Of a stretch of DNA of 31,250 bases, positions 17,217-26,108 are shown in pieces. The position numbers were made by a program, and so were the translations under genes. The stretch comes from a virus. Lineage: Duplodnaviria > Heunggongvirae > Uroviricota > Caudoviricetes. The stretch is from the IMG/VR virus record IMGVR_UViG_3300045988_100792, one strand, 5' to 3'. Numbering within the stretch: the stretch's first letter is position 1; each line of letters opens with the position of its first letter. Under the pieces are notes generated by a model. The model made no database searches. It saw only the letters and a list, made by a program, of their open reading frames with translations, and was not told where the DNA came from.

Positions 17217-18989
17217 ATGACCATCACCACAGACACCACTCTTTTGCACGACCCGCGTCGTCAGGCGGCGCTGCTGTACTGGCAGGGGTTTTCCGTGCCG
17301 CAGATTGCCGCCATGTTGCAGATGAAACGCCCGACGGTGCAGAGCTGGAAACAGCGCGACGGCTGGGACAGCGTTGCCCCCATCAGCCGTGTCGAAATGA
17401 GTCTGGAAGCGCGGCTGACCCAGCTCATTATCAAACCGCAGAAAACCGGCGGTGACTTCAAGGAAATTGACCTGCTCGGACGCCAGATTGAACGACTGGC
17501 ACGGGTAAACCGCTACAGCCAGACCGGCAACGAGGCAGACCTTAATCCGAACGTCGCTAACCGCAACAAAGGCGGGCGTCGCAAACCGAAAAAGAATTTT
17601 TTCAGCGACGAGGCTATCGAAAAGCTGGAGCAGATTTTCTTTGAGCAGTCTTTCGAATATCAGTTGCACTGGTATCGCGCCGGGCTTGAGCACCGCATCC
17701 GCGATATCCTGAAATCCCGCCAGATTGGCGCGACGTTTTATTTTTCCCGCGAGGCGCTGCTGCGCGCCCTGAAAACAGGTCATAACCAGATTTTTCTGTC
17801 GGCCAGTAAAACGCAGGCGTATGTGTTCCGCGAATACATCATCGCCTTTGCCCGTCTGGTTGACGTTGACCTGACCGGTGACCCGATTGTCCTGGGCAAT
17901 AACGGCGCAAAACTGATTTTTCTCGGCACCAACTCCAACACCGCGCAGAGCCATAACGGCGACCTGTACGTCGACGAGATTTTCTGGATCCCGAATTTTC
18001 AGGTACTGCGTAAGGTGGCATCAGGTATGGCCTCACAGAGTCACCTGCGCTCGACCTATTTCTCCACCCCGTCCACGCTGGCGCACGACGCCTACCCGTT
18101 CTGGTCGGGTGAACTGTTCAACCGGGGACGCGCCAGCGCCGCCGAACGCGTGGAAATCGACGTCAGTCATAACGCCCTTGCCGGAGGTCTTCTCTGTGCG
18201 GACGGCCAGTGGCGGCAGATTGTCACCATTGAGGATGCCCTGAAAGGTGGCTGCACGCTGTTCGACATTGAGCAGCTTAAACGCGAAAACAGCGCCGACG
18301 ATTTTAAAAACCTGTTCATGTGTGAATTTGTTGACGACAAGGCATCGGTGTTCCCGTTCGAGGAGCTGCAACGCTGCATGGTCGACACGCTGGAAGAATG
18401 GGAAGACTATGCACCCTTTGCCGCCAATCCGTTCGGCTCCCGCCCGGTATGGATTGGTTACGACCCGTCACACCGTGGCGACAGCGCCGGATGCGTGGTA
18501 CTGGCACCGCCGGTGGTGGCCGGAGGCAAATTCAGAATACTTGAGCGTCACCAGTGGAAAGGCATGGACTTTGCCACCCAGGCTGAATCCATCCGAAAAC
18601 TCACCGAAAAATATAACGTCGAATACATCGGTATTGATGCCACCGGCCTCGGTGTCGGCGTGTTCCAGCTCGTGCGCTCGTTCTATCCCGCCGCGCGCGA
18701 TATCCGCTACACACCGGAAATGAAAACCGCAATGGTGCTCAAGGCAAAAGACGTTATCCGTCGTGGCTGTCTGGAATATGACGTCAGCGCCACCGACATC
18801 ACCAGCTCGTTTATGGCTATCCGCAAGACCATGACCAGCAGCGGACGCAGCGCCACCTATGAGGCCAGCCGCAGCGAGGAAGCCAGCCACGCCGACCTCG
18901 CCTGGGCGACCATGCACGCCCTGTTAAATGAGCCACTCACCGCCGGTATCAGCACCCCGCTGACATCCACCATTCTGGAGTTTTACTGA
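17217..18989 (+). CDS. P: Terminase large (ATPase) subunit gpP (590 aa)
   Basis: Start at ATG 17217 (MTITTDTTLLHD...) with GAGG 7 nt upstream gives 590 aa as in P2 P; stop overlaps the Q start (ATGA). Confidence 0.9.
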   Translation: MTITTDTTLLHDPRRQAALLYWQGFSVPQIAAMLQMKRPTVQSWKQRDGWDSVAPISRVEMSLEARLTQLIIKPQKTGGDFKEIDLLGRQIERLARVNRYSQTGNEADLNPNVANRNKGGRRKPKKNFFSDEAIEKLEQIFFEQSFEYQLHWYRAGLEHRIRDILKSRQIGATFYFSREALLRALKTGHNQIFLSASKTQAYVFREYIIAFARLVDVDLTGDPIVLGNNGAKLIFLGTNSNTAQSHNGDLYVDEIFWIPNFQVLRKVASGMASQSHLRSTYFSTPSTLAHDAYPFWSGELFNRGRASAAERVEIDVSHNALAGGLLCADGQWRQIVTIEDALKGGCTLFDIEQLKRENSADDFKNLFMCEFVDDKASVFPFEELQRCMVDTLEEWEDYAPFAANPFGSRPVWIGYDPSHRGDSAGCVVLAPPVVAGGKFRILERHQWKGMDFATQAESIRKLTEKYNVEYIGIDATGLGVGVFQLVRSFYPAARDIRYTPEMKTAMVLKAKDVIRRGCLEYDVSATDITSSFMAIRKTMTSSGRSATYEASRSEEASHADLAWATMHALLNEPLTAGISTPLTSTILEFY

Positions 18990-20023
18990 TGAGCAAGAAA
19001 AAAGGGAAAACACCGCAACCTGCGGCAAAAACAATCACCGCCAGCGCCCCGAAAATGGAGGCATTCACCTTTGGCGAACCGGTGCCGGTACTCGACCGCC
19101 GTGACATTCTGGATTACGTCGAGTGCATCAGTAACGGCATATGGTATGAGCCGCCGGTCAGCTTTACCGGTCTGGCGAAAAGCCTGCGTGCTGCCGTGCA
19201 TCACAGCTCGCCGATTTACGTCAAACGCAATATTCTGGCCTCGACATTTATCCCGCATCCGTGGCTTTCCCAGCAGGATTTCAGCCGCTTTGTGCTGGAT
19301 TTTCTGGTGTTCGGTAATGCGTTTCTGGAAAAGCGTTACAGCACCACCGGTAAGGTCATCAGACTGGAAACCTCACCGGCAAAATATACCCGCCGTGGCG
19401 TGGAGGAGGATGTTTACTGGTGGGTGCCGTCCTTCAACGAGCCGACAGCCTTCACGCCCGGCTCCGTGTTTCACCTGCTGGAGCCGGATATTAATCAGGA
19501 GCTGTACGGCCTGCCGGAATACCTCAGCGCCCTTAACTCTGCCTGGCTGAATGAGTCGGCCACGCTGTTCCGCCGAAAGTATTACGAAAACGGCGCACAT
19601 GCCGGATACATCATGTACGTCACCGATGCCGTGCAGGATCGCAACGATATCGAAATGCTTCGCGAAAACATGGTGAAGTCGAAAGGCCGCAACAACTTTA
19701 AAAACCTGTTTCTCTATGCACCGCAGGGAAAACCAGATGGAATAAAAATTATCCCGCTCAGTGAAGTGGCAACAAAGGACGATTTTTTTAATATCAAAAA
19801 AGCCAGCGCCGCTGACCTGCTGGACGCGCACCGCATCCCCTTTCAGTTGATGGGCGGCAAGCCGGAGAACGTCGGGTCGCTGGGCGATATTGAGAAAGTG
19901 GCAAAGGTCTTTGTCCGCAATGAGCTTATCCCGTTACAGGACAGGATCCGCGAGATAAACGGCTGGCTCGGTCAGGAGGTCATCCGCTTTAAAAACTACT
20001 CACTGGACACTGACAACGGCTGA
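18989..20023 (+). CDS. Q: Portal protein gpQ (344 aa)
   Basis: 344-aa ORF MSKKKGKTPQPAAKTITASAPKMEAFTFGEP...; translationally coupled to P; order and length as P2 Q. Confidence 0.9.
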   Translation: MSKKKGKTPQPAAKTITASAPKMEAFTFGEPVPVLDRRDILDYVECISNGIWYEPPVSFTGLAKSLRAAVHHSSPIYVKRNILASTFIPHPWLSQQDFSRFVLDFLVFGNAFLEKRYSTTGKVIRLETSPAKYTRRGVEEDVYWWVPSFNEPTAFTPGSVFHLLEPDINQELYGLPEYLSALNSAWLNESATLFRRKYYENGAHAGYIMYVTDAVQDRNDIEMLRENMVKSKGRNNFKNLFLYAPQGKPDGIKIIPLSEVATKDDFFNIKKASAADLLDAHRIPFQLMGGKPENVGSLGDIEKVAKVFVRNELIPLQDRIREINGWLGQEVIRFKNYSLDTDNG

Positions 20024-20027
20024 ACAT

Positions 20028-20051
20028 CGCCGCCTGCGGGCGGCTTTTTTA
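20028..20051 (+). terminator. Rho-independent terminator after Q
   Basis: GC stem GCCGCC...GGCGGC followed by TTTTTT (20045..20050), 5 nt after the Q stop. Confidence 0.6.
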
Positions 20052-20193
20052 CACCCCGTCATCACGCCCTCACACGCTCACCACCGCACAAAACACCCCG
20101 CAGACACACCAGCGCCCCCGGCGCACAATCCAAACGCCGTCACGACGCGCTCAGACGCTGAAAAAATAAAATCAGCACCACCGCCAGCGCGCA

Positions 20194-20212
20194 GTGCTTT
20201 CCCCGCCTCGCC
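20194..20212. other. cos: cos cohesive-end sequence (19 nt)
   Basis: gtgctttccccgcctcgcc is the reverse complement of GGCGAGGCGGGGAAAGCAC, which I recall as the P2 19-nt cohesive end; about 170 nt beyond the Q stop, where cos lies in P2. It is uncut and contiguous here. Confidence 0.6.
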
Positions 20213-20337
20213 CGCCCGCTTCATGGGGCGGTTTTAATGCAGTTGCATGAGTCCATTAAAAGCACATCAGTACTGGCAAAATAAAGATGCAGAAATTAAT
20301 CCTTGAAGATGCAAAAAAATGCAACGCAACGCACCTC

Positions 20338-21036
20338 TTACGGTTTCGTCAATACAGACTTAAATTTATCATTAAATGGCTTAATTTGAGGTAATGTTAA
20401 TTTTTTTACAAATGTTTTTGTCGTTGTGTGAACTACGACACTACCTTCTCCAAGAGTATTCCCCTGACATTCTTTTACGAACCCCTCATCAGTTACTGAT
20501 GCGGTAATGCTCTCTGGAATTATAAGCGTCAATATATCACCATAGTCTTCTAAAACATGCGGTAACTTGCCAGAGATAAGCGTCCCGGGGTTTACCAATA
20601 TATTCATTGCTTTATTATTAGAAAATTGCAAAACAACCGATTGAATATTACTCCTTACTTTTCTTTTGTTTGTTATGGTTATTGATATTGCTGTATCTGT
20701 AGTGCTAGGTAAGTACATTGATGGCATTAACACCATGCTATATCGAATAGCAATTTCTTCTGAATTTTCCTTTAGCGAACGGTGTGCCAACAACAATGAT
20801 GTCGCAACAGCAGAAAATGCTCCCACCCCAGAAACCCAAGTACCCAACATGGTCAAAAAAGGTATTGTAATTAATTGGTATTTAGTGTCACCATTCAAAC
20901 CAATACCACTATAACCCACGTAACACCCTATAAAAAAGAATAGACAAGCCGTTATTAAAACAAATAACAAATGCATAGAACTTATACTTTTAAACTTCAG
21001 CAACAAACCTCTTAAAATATATTTACATCTATTCAT
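20338..21036 (-). CDS. Hypothetical 2-TM membrane protein (232 aa); cargo gene in the tin/old-type slot
   Basis: AT-rich ORF; hydrophobic helices MHLLFVLITACLFFFIGCYVGY and LITIPFLTMLGTWVSGVGAFSAVATSLLLA, then a ~145-aa Ser/Thr/Val-rich soluble domain. Start uncertain (weak RBS at both candidate ATGs). No family recognised. Confidence 0.68.
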   Translation of the reverse strand: MNRCKYILRGLLLKFKSISSMHLLFVLITACLFFFIGCYVGYSGIGLNGDTKYQLITIPFLTMLGTWVSGVGAFSAVATSLLLAHRSLKENSEEIAIRYSMVLMPSMYLPSTTDTAISITITNKRKVRSNIQSVVLQFSNNKAMNILVNPGTLISGKLPHVLEDYGDILTLIIPESITASVTDEGFVKECQGNTLGEGSVVVHTTTKTFVKKLTLPQIKPFNDKFKSVLTKP

Positions 21037-21134
21037 TTTCTAATCTCACATTAAAACCAGACACCAATTTTTGCTAGTCACTATTTTTATGATTGCCAGC
21101 ATAAATGCTGGCATCTTTATCATTCTGGCACAGT

Positions 21135-21866
21135 TCACTCACTTATAATTGATACAACCTCACCTGTTTCTACATTGACACGCGCAGCAATCGTCTGTTT
21201 CACCACTCCGCCATAAGCATTAGTTCCGCGAAACGTGGTTTTCACAATGGCATGCGGGTCTTTATTCAAAACCAGATGATATACCGTTGACACATGTTTA
21301 TAAGATGAATCATCGTTCATATTATCTTTAATTAGTTTTTCCAATGGACGATAAGAACCATCCCAACCACTAAAATTACTCTGAAATGTATCAAGATTGA
21401 TTTTATTGTTTAGTGAACTCGGGTCATTTTCATAATCATTAAAGCACCACCCAAGAACATCACCGAGTTTCAACTCATCATCTTTGGTAAATGTATACTC
21501 ACTCATGCAGGCATAAAACGCATCTGACGCGGTGGCTGGAACTTCCTTAAAATCAATGTAACTATTCACAATATCGTGTCGTGTTTTCTTTGACTCGTTC
21601 CGATATTCCTTGAGTGTTTTTTCACCATATTCGAATGTTTTTTGGACTTTGTGTTCTGCAACGGTTGATGTTTCAGTTTTAGCAACTGGCTGGCTTTTTT
21701 CTGTTGGATAGAGTATTGAACCAATTATGCTCAATACAAAACCTCCTCCGAGATAAACCGCACTTGCACGTTTGCGGTTTGGCATTCGCACCAGTGATGG
21801 CTTGATTAACCCGATGAAGAAAGCAACGAAAAAAGCGAGTGATAGAAAAGCGATTATAGTATCCAT
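21135..21866 (-). CDS. Hypothetical 2-TM membrane protein (243 aa); cargo gene in the tin/old-type slot
   Basis: Start taken at ATG 21866 (MDTIIAFLSLAFFVAFFIGLI...) with AAGGA about 7 nt upstream. Second hydrophobic helix LGGGFVLSIIGSILY, then a ~190-aa soluble domain rich in D/N/K/Y. AT-rich. No family recognised. Confidence 0.7.
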   Translation of the reverse strand: MDTIIAFLSLAFFVAFFIGLIKPSLVRMPNRKRASAVYLGGGFVLSIIGSILYPTEKSQPVAKTETSTVAEHKVQKTFEYGEKTLKEYRNESKKTRHDIVNSYIDFKEVPATASDAFYACMSEYTFTKDDELKLGDVLGWCFNDYENDPSSLNNKINLDTFQSNFSGWDGSYRPLEKLIKDNMNDDSSYKHVSTVYHLVLNKDPHAIVKTTFRGTNAYGGVVKQTIAARVNVETGEVVSIISE

Positions 21867-22295
21867 AGCTATCCTTTTTGCATCATCCACATAAAAAATC
21901 AACCTCATGTTAGCAACAGGATGCTTACTTTTGAATATTTGTAAGTTGTTAGCTCTCCAACCTAACTCCTTTCAACCGTCAAAAACCAGCACCAACGTAG
22001 TAAAAATATGTCTGTCAACTAACGTCTCGCTTCGCTCGTTGTTCAACCCCGCCAGCCCTGAAAACAAGTTTCACGACTGGCGGTGTTCTCTATCGTCTGC
22101 GTGGTGGTGGCGCAACTCTGGACTGACCGATATAGTTAAGCCGCCCGTAATTATCCCGTACTATTTCGGCACACCCGACCAGCTCATCGGGCGTCAGATT
22201 TTCGTTGACCATAATCCGCTGTAAACGCTGAACAATAGCCATCAGCTTGATATTTTTAGTTTTATGGTGCGGTATCTCGCCTGGTATTCTGTGCA

Positions 22296-22748
22296 TTATC
22301 CAAGCCACCCGTTTTGCTGTGCACGCTCCATCTGTTCATCTGAATAGTTCCATGCTCCATCCGTGGCGACCATTGCCCCGCCAGACATCCCCGTCTCTGG
22401 TTCATACATAACAGCAAGGCCGAGCTGATGCATAATTTCATGATTAATTCTGAATACCAGGCCACGCTCACTAAGTTCTTTCCAGTTCACAATCTCATAT
22501 GCGCCTGTATTAAGCAGCTCAATACTTAGCAAGACATAGTCTTCCAGCCAGTCTGACAGGTCAGTAACATCTGTTATCCGGGCTTCAACCTTTCGCCCCG
22601 TAAACACACCCTGCCCCCATTCATGCAAAATCAACGTGTCCCCGCGCTCATAATTACGGTCATTTTTCCGAAACTCTGCGCGTTTCTTTCCTTCCAGCAC
22701 AAGGTCAAAATATTTTGCGTGCAGCTTTACCTCGTGAATTTTTGCCAT
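22296..22748 (-). CDS. ASCH-domain protein (about 150 aa) translationally coupled to A
   Basis: ATG overlaps the A stop (ATGA). Contains the ASCH signature GxKxxExR as GKKRAEFR; occupies the position of P2 orf91 but is longer, with a C-terminal extension containing HEIMH. Confidence 0.72.
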   Translation of the reverse strand: MAKIHEVKLHAKYFDLVLEGKKRAEFRKNDRNYERGDTLILHEWGQGVFTGRKVEARITDVTDLSDWLEDYVLLSIELLNTGAYEIVNWKELSERGLVFRINHEIMHQLGLAVMYEPETGMSGGAMVATDGAWNYSDEQMERAQQNGWLG

Positions 22749-25033
22749 CATTTCCACTCCATTACTGTTGAGAATCCCGGCCACTCATCAGCGACCGGAT
22801 ACGTGAATTTTTTCCCGTCATAATTTACGGTCGCGCCACGCGCCTGCGCCTCAAGCTCCCATCGCTGCGGCCTGATACCGTTCTGAGCAAGGTCAACGCG
22901 GATACGGGTAATTTGCATTCTTTCCGACCGGGTCAGTCTGGCCGATGGTGCAATTTCATGTGGTTTTAACGGGCTTCCGTTTCTTTGTTGACGGTTTGGC
23001 GTTCTCAGGTCGTGTTTTAATGCACCCCTGAGCGCCCTCACGACCTCCGGGTCATTCCATTCGATAACACCATCATCAACCAGATTAAGCACTGCTGCGG
23101 CGTGTTCAGAAGGCGTGGGAGCCGGTGACGAAGTATCACCACCGGTGAGCTTTCCACAGTTATTGACAGGACTCCGAGGCGCGGCGATGCCGCTTTTTAA
23201 CGTCAAAGGCTCAACGACCGGCACTTTCGGCACAATGCGCCAGTCCGTCGTTCTGGTGATATGAATATGACGCGCGCCGAGATGCGGCGCGTAAATGCCG
23301 ACCACTCTCTCGACCTCTTCCTCGTACTCGTTAACGTCATCCGACGGGCTACGGGCGACTCTGACAGTCTGACAATCGCGCGGAACATTTGCCCCACCCT
23401 GCGCGCTGATATACAACGCAAAATCACCACTGTCTGCGGCGGCGCGTGCAGCCTCGACGCGCTCGTCAAACTCATCAGCAATGCTGACGCCGCGAGGCAA
23501 TTTGCGTAGTTCACGGTAAGCCCCCATTGTCGGCAGACCAACCGTTTTAAATTGCGGAATGCGCCACGTTGACGCCCATGCGGTAACAGCAGCAGCTGTG
23601 TCTTTCAGCGGCCTACCGGTATCATTATCGAGCTGACCATCCAGTGCATAGCCGTCGATGTTTTTTGAGATGTATTTCGCGATATACCCCGCAGCACCGC
23701 CCCGATTAAGGTGTTTTGCCTGAAAACGGTTTCGCGCGGCTCCTCTTTCGTCGCCATCCTCTTTGAGCGCATAGCGACGCATGATTTCGATAATCTGGTT
23801 ACGCTGGCGCGGATTACAAAAAAGCATCATATGCCAGTGCGGCGTTCCGTCGTGGTGTGGCTCGACGACACGCAAACCGTAGACCTGTAAATCATTATCC
23901 TTGAATGCCGTGCGCATCAGGCTCCAGATACGGCAGAGATAACGCTGCGCATCCTTTGGATTAAATGCCTCATCGTTCCAGCCGTGATTTAGCTGGACGG
24001 TTTTACTTTCGCCTTTTCCAACCTGACGTGTCGGGTGATACTTTGACGGCGCGGTCAGCGTGATAAACATCCCCACATCACCCTCTGCTGCGGCGTAACG
24101 CTCAATACCGGCAATGGTGTTCATCAGCTCCATCCGGCGAATTTCAGGATTAGAAATACTGCCCATCACCTTACTGATAAGGTCGATGCGCTCGCCGGTT
24201 TCCCTGTTTTCGAGATCACACGATTTAAGAAATTCCAGATTTGCCTGGCGGCGTGCACGCACATCACGAATGGCATGTTTACTGGCATAAGGAGAACGGT
24301 CTTTATTGACCTCCCCGACAGCAATCAGTAACGCCTCATGCCAGCGCATACGCTGGCCTTTAAGCTGACTAATCCACCACTCATCGTTAAACAGACGGGC
24401 AATGGCAGAATATGCCTGCCTCGTGGTCATCTGCCCTTTACGGTATTTTTTCCAGTAGAGAGGGGAAATATTGAAAGCTCGTGCAGCGCCAGCAACATGA
24501 CCATACAGGTGAGCCTGTGCCTCATCCGTAAACAGCGATTCTTTCTCGCCATGCGCATCCACCCAGGCATCGCAGAGTTCCTCATACATCATGAAAAGCT
24601 GCGATGAGATACGGGCGGCAAACTTTTTCAGCTCCTTGTCATTCATCCCCGGCAGACGCGCATAATGGTCACGCTCTGCCAGAAACAGCAACGACGCGTC
24701 GGTGTTCATTTCATGGCGCTGATTCACACGCTCAATGCGCGGCCATAAACGACGCTGAAAAGTGGATGTGAGAAAATAAAACCCGTGCACCGGGCTTTTA
24801 TTGCGCCGGATGTAGTCATAGCGTGAAGTAAACAGCGAGCGCAAAAAGTAAGGCAGGCGGTTAATCGTGGATAAAACACCTTGCACCTGACGCATCTCGT
24901 CACGTGTAAGGGGTCTTTCGCGCCCGACGGCCTCGCGTGGCGCGTTCCATGCATAAGCACCGGTAAACGCCTTACCGGTGCCTGCGGCAAATGCTGACGG
25001 AGGGACAAAACGCCCGGAGGCTTTAACGGCCAT
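22748..25033 (-). CDS. A: Replication initiation endonuclease gpA (761 aa, rolling-circle)
   Basis: Start taken at MAVKASGRFVPPSAF... giving 761 aa as in P2 A; last and largest gene of the cox-B-A early operon. Confidence 0.9.
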   Translation of the reverse strand: MAVKASGRFVPPSAFAAGTGKAFTGAYAWNAPREAVGRERPLTRDEMRQVQGVLSTINRLPYFLRSLFTSRYDYIRRNKSPVHGFYFLTSTFQRRLWPRIERVNQRHEMNTDASLLFLAERDHYARLPGMNDKELKKFAARISSQLFMMYEELCDAWVDAHGEKESLFTDEAQAHLYGHVAGAARAFNISPLYWKKYRKGQMTTRQAYSAIARLFNDEWWISQLKGQRMRWHEALLIAVGEVNKDRSPYASKHAIRDVRARRQANLEFLKSCDLENRETGERIDLISKVMGSISNPEIRRMELMNTIAGIERYAAAEGDVGMFITLTAPSKYHPTRQVGKGESKTVQLNHGWNDEAFNPKDAQRYLCRIWSLMRTAFKDNDLQVYGLRVVEPHHDGTPHWHMMLFCNPRQRNQIIEIMRRYALKEDGDERGAARNRFQAKHLNRGGAAGYIAKYISKNIDGYALDGQLDNDTGRPLKDTAAAVTAWASTWRIPQFKTVGLPTMGAYRELRKLPRGVSIADEFDERVEAARAAADSGDFALYISAQGGANVPRDCQTVRVARSPSDDVNEYEEEVERVVGIYAPHLGARHIHITRTTDWRIVPKVPVVEPLTLKSGIAAPRSPVNNCGKLTGGDTSSPAPTPSEHAAAVLNLVDDGVIEWNDPEVVRALRGALKHDLRTPNRQQRNGSPLKPHEIAPSARLTRSERMQITRIRVDLAQNGIRPQRWELEAQARGATVNYDGKKFTYPVADEWPGFSTVMEWK

Positions 25034-25298
25034 ATGAGCCAAAAGCCTCTGAACAACGCTTGCTGAGTTGCTCAACCTGCGCGTTTAAATCAGCAAAAGA
25101 CTTTGCGCTTCCGGTCAGAATATCGTGATGCATCAGGCCGGAAACGAGCTGGCTTAATTTCGGGTAATAACCAACCACCGACAGCCATTCCTGACCGGCG
25201 TTTTTACCGCTTTCCGCTCTCTTTTTCTCGTGGAGAATAAACTGAAAGCTGTCACTGGTAACGACATAACGTTCGCCAATTTCGATACGAATACTCAT
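25023..25298 (-). CDS. Early-operon small protein (P2 orf83-position)
   Basis: 91-aa ORF immediately upstream of A, overlapping its start; identified by position only. Confidence 0.65.
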   Translation of the reverse strand: MSIRIEIGERYVVTSDSFQFILHEKKRAESGKNAGQEWLSVVGYYPKLSQLVSGLMHHDILTGSAKSFADLNAQVEQLSKRCSEAFGSYGR

Positions 25299-25519
25299 GC
25301 CATTCTCCGGTAATGTTTGTTTTTTGCTTCAAAGACTGACTGACAGGAAACACAACGCGTGGCTGACGGATAAGCCGCACGACGGGCAGCAGGTATTGGC
25401 GCGTCACACTCTTCGCAAACCAGCGCAGAAGCACCGCAATGTTTTACCCTTGCCGCGTTAATCTGGCGCTCCAGTAATTCAGCCTGTTGTTCCTGAATAA
25501 AATCTACGTTGTCCGGCAT
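25295..25519 (-). CDS. TraR/DksA-type C4 zinc-finger protein (P2 orf82-position)
   Basis: 74 aa with two Cys pairs, CEECD and CVSCQ, spaced as in the TraR/DksA zinc finger. Confidence 0.72.
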   Translation of the reverse strand: MPDNVDFIQEQQAELLERQINAARVKHCGASALVCEECDAPIPAARRAAYPSATRCVSCQSVFEAKNKHYRRMA

Positions 25520-25824
25520 TACCAGTTCCTTTTGTCGTTAAGGTTTTTAAATTCATCAGCGCAATAACTGGCAATTTCTGTCGTTAATTTCGTCAGTTCA
25601 TCCACGGAGGAGATTTGCTTGTGAAATACAGCGCGTTTAACAAGTAAATTGACCACATCAGACAGGAGATTTAATTCGTTCTGATAAATCGCGATAACAG
25701 ACTCAGTTATTTCGCGTTTTTCTTTATCAAGACCAAGTTGAATAAGAGACAAATCGCCATTTTTCATAACGGCGATTTTTAGGGCGTTATTCAGTAATAC
25801 AACTGAACGAGAACAGGACATCAA
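25519..25824 (-). CDS. Early-operon hypothetical protein (101 aa, AT-rich)
   Basis: ORF in operon context between B and A; noticeably AT-rich; no motif recognised. Confidence 0.6.
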   Translation of the reverse strand: MMSCSRSVVLLNNALKIAVMKNGDLSLIQLGLDKEKREITESVIAIYQNELNLLSDVVNLLVKRAVFHKQISSVDELTKLTTEIASYCADEFKNLNDKRNW

Positions 25825-26045
25825 AGCACCTCCCCGCGAGACAATCCGATATTGTGAAATTTTTCCGACTCCTGACTGAGCAGCTCGACTATCTCCACGC
25901 GGGATAACTCCGCCTTTGTGATGTGGCGAATCATGGCGTCAAGATGAGAAGAAAAGCGCGTCGCAGCGTCGGCCTGTGCTTCGGTTCTGGCCTGTTGCAG
26001 CATTAATGCGTATATACCGCACTGATTTTCAGAAACTGTATGCAT
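25821..26045 (-). CDS. Early-operon hypothetical protein (74 aa)
   Basis: Small ORF tightly packed (4-nt overlap) with the downstream gene; position as the P2 small early ORFs. Confidence 0.6.
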   Translation of the reverse strand: MHTVSENQCGIYALMLQQARTEAQADAATRFSSHLDAMIRHITKAELSRVEIVELLSQESEKFHNIGLSRGEVL

Positions 26046-26108
26046 GACTTTCTCCAGGCAAAAAGAAGCCCCGCACGATTAAGTGCGTTAAAAACTCTGG
26101 TTAATTAT

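Noticed and set aside
17178-17954. 258-aa minus-strand ORF inside P
   Set aside because: Antisense to the terminase large subunit gene, which has a proper RBS and translational coupling to Q.
19373-19831. 152-aa minus-strand ORF inside Q
   Set aside because: Antisense to the portal gene; no support.
22090-22308. 72-codon minus-strand ORF in the ASCH/cargo gap
   Set aside because: Begins with GTG, has no convincing RBS, and overlaps the ASCH stop; kept only as a low-interest note in findings.
22296-22450. HEIMH in the ASCH protein read as a zinc metalloprotease active site
   Set aside because: A bare HExxH occurs by chance often; no third ligand or surrounding protease context is visible, so no protease function is claimed.
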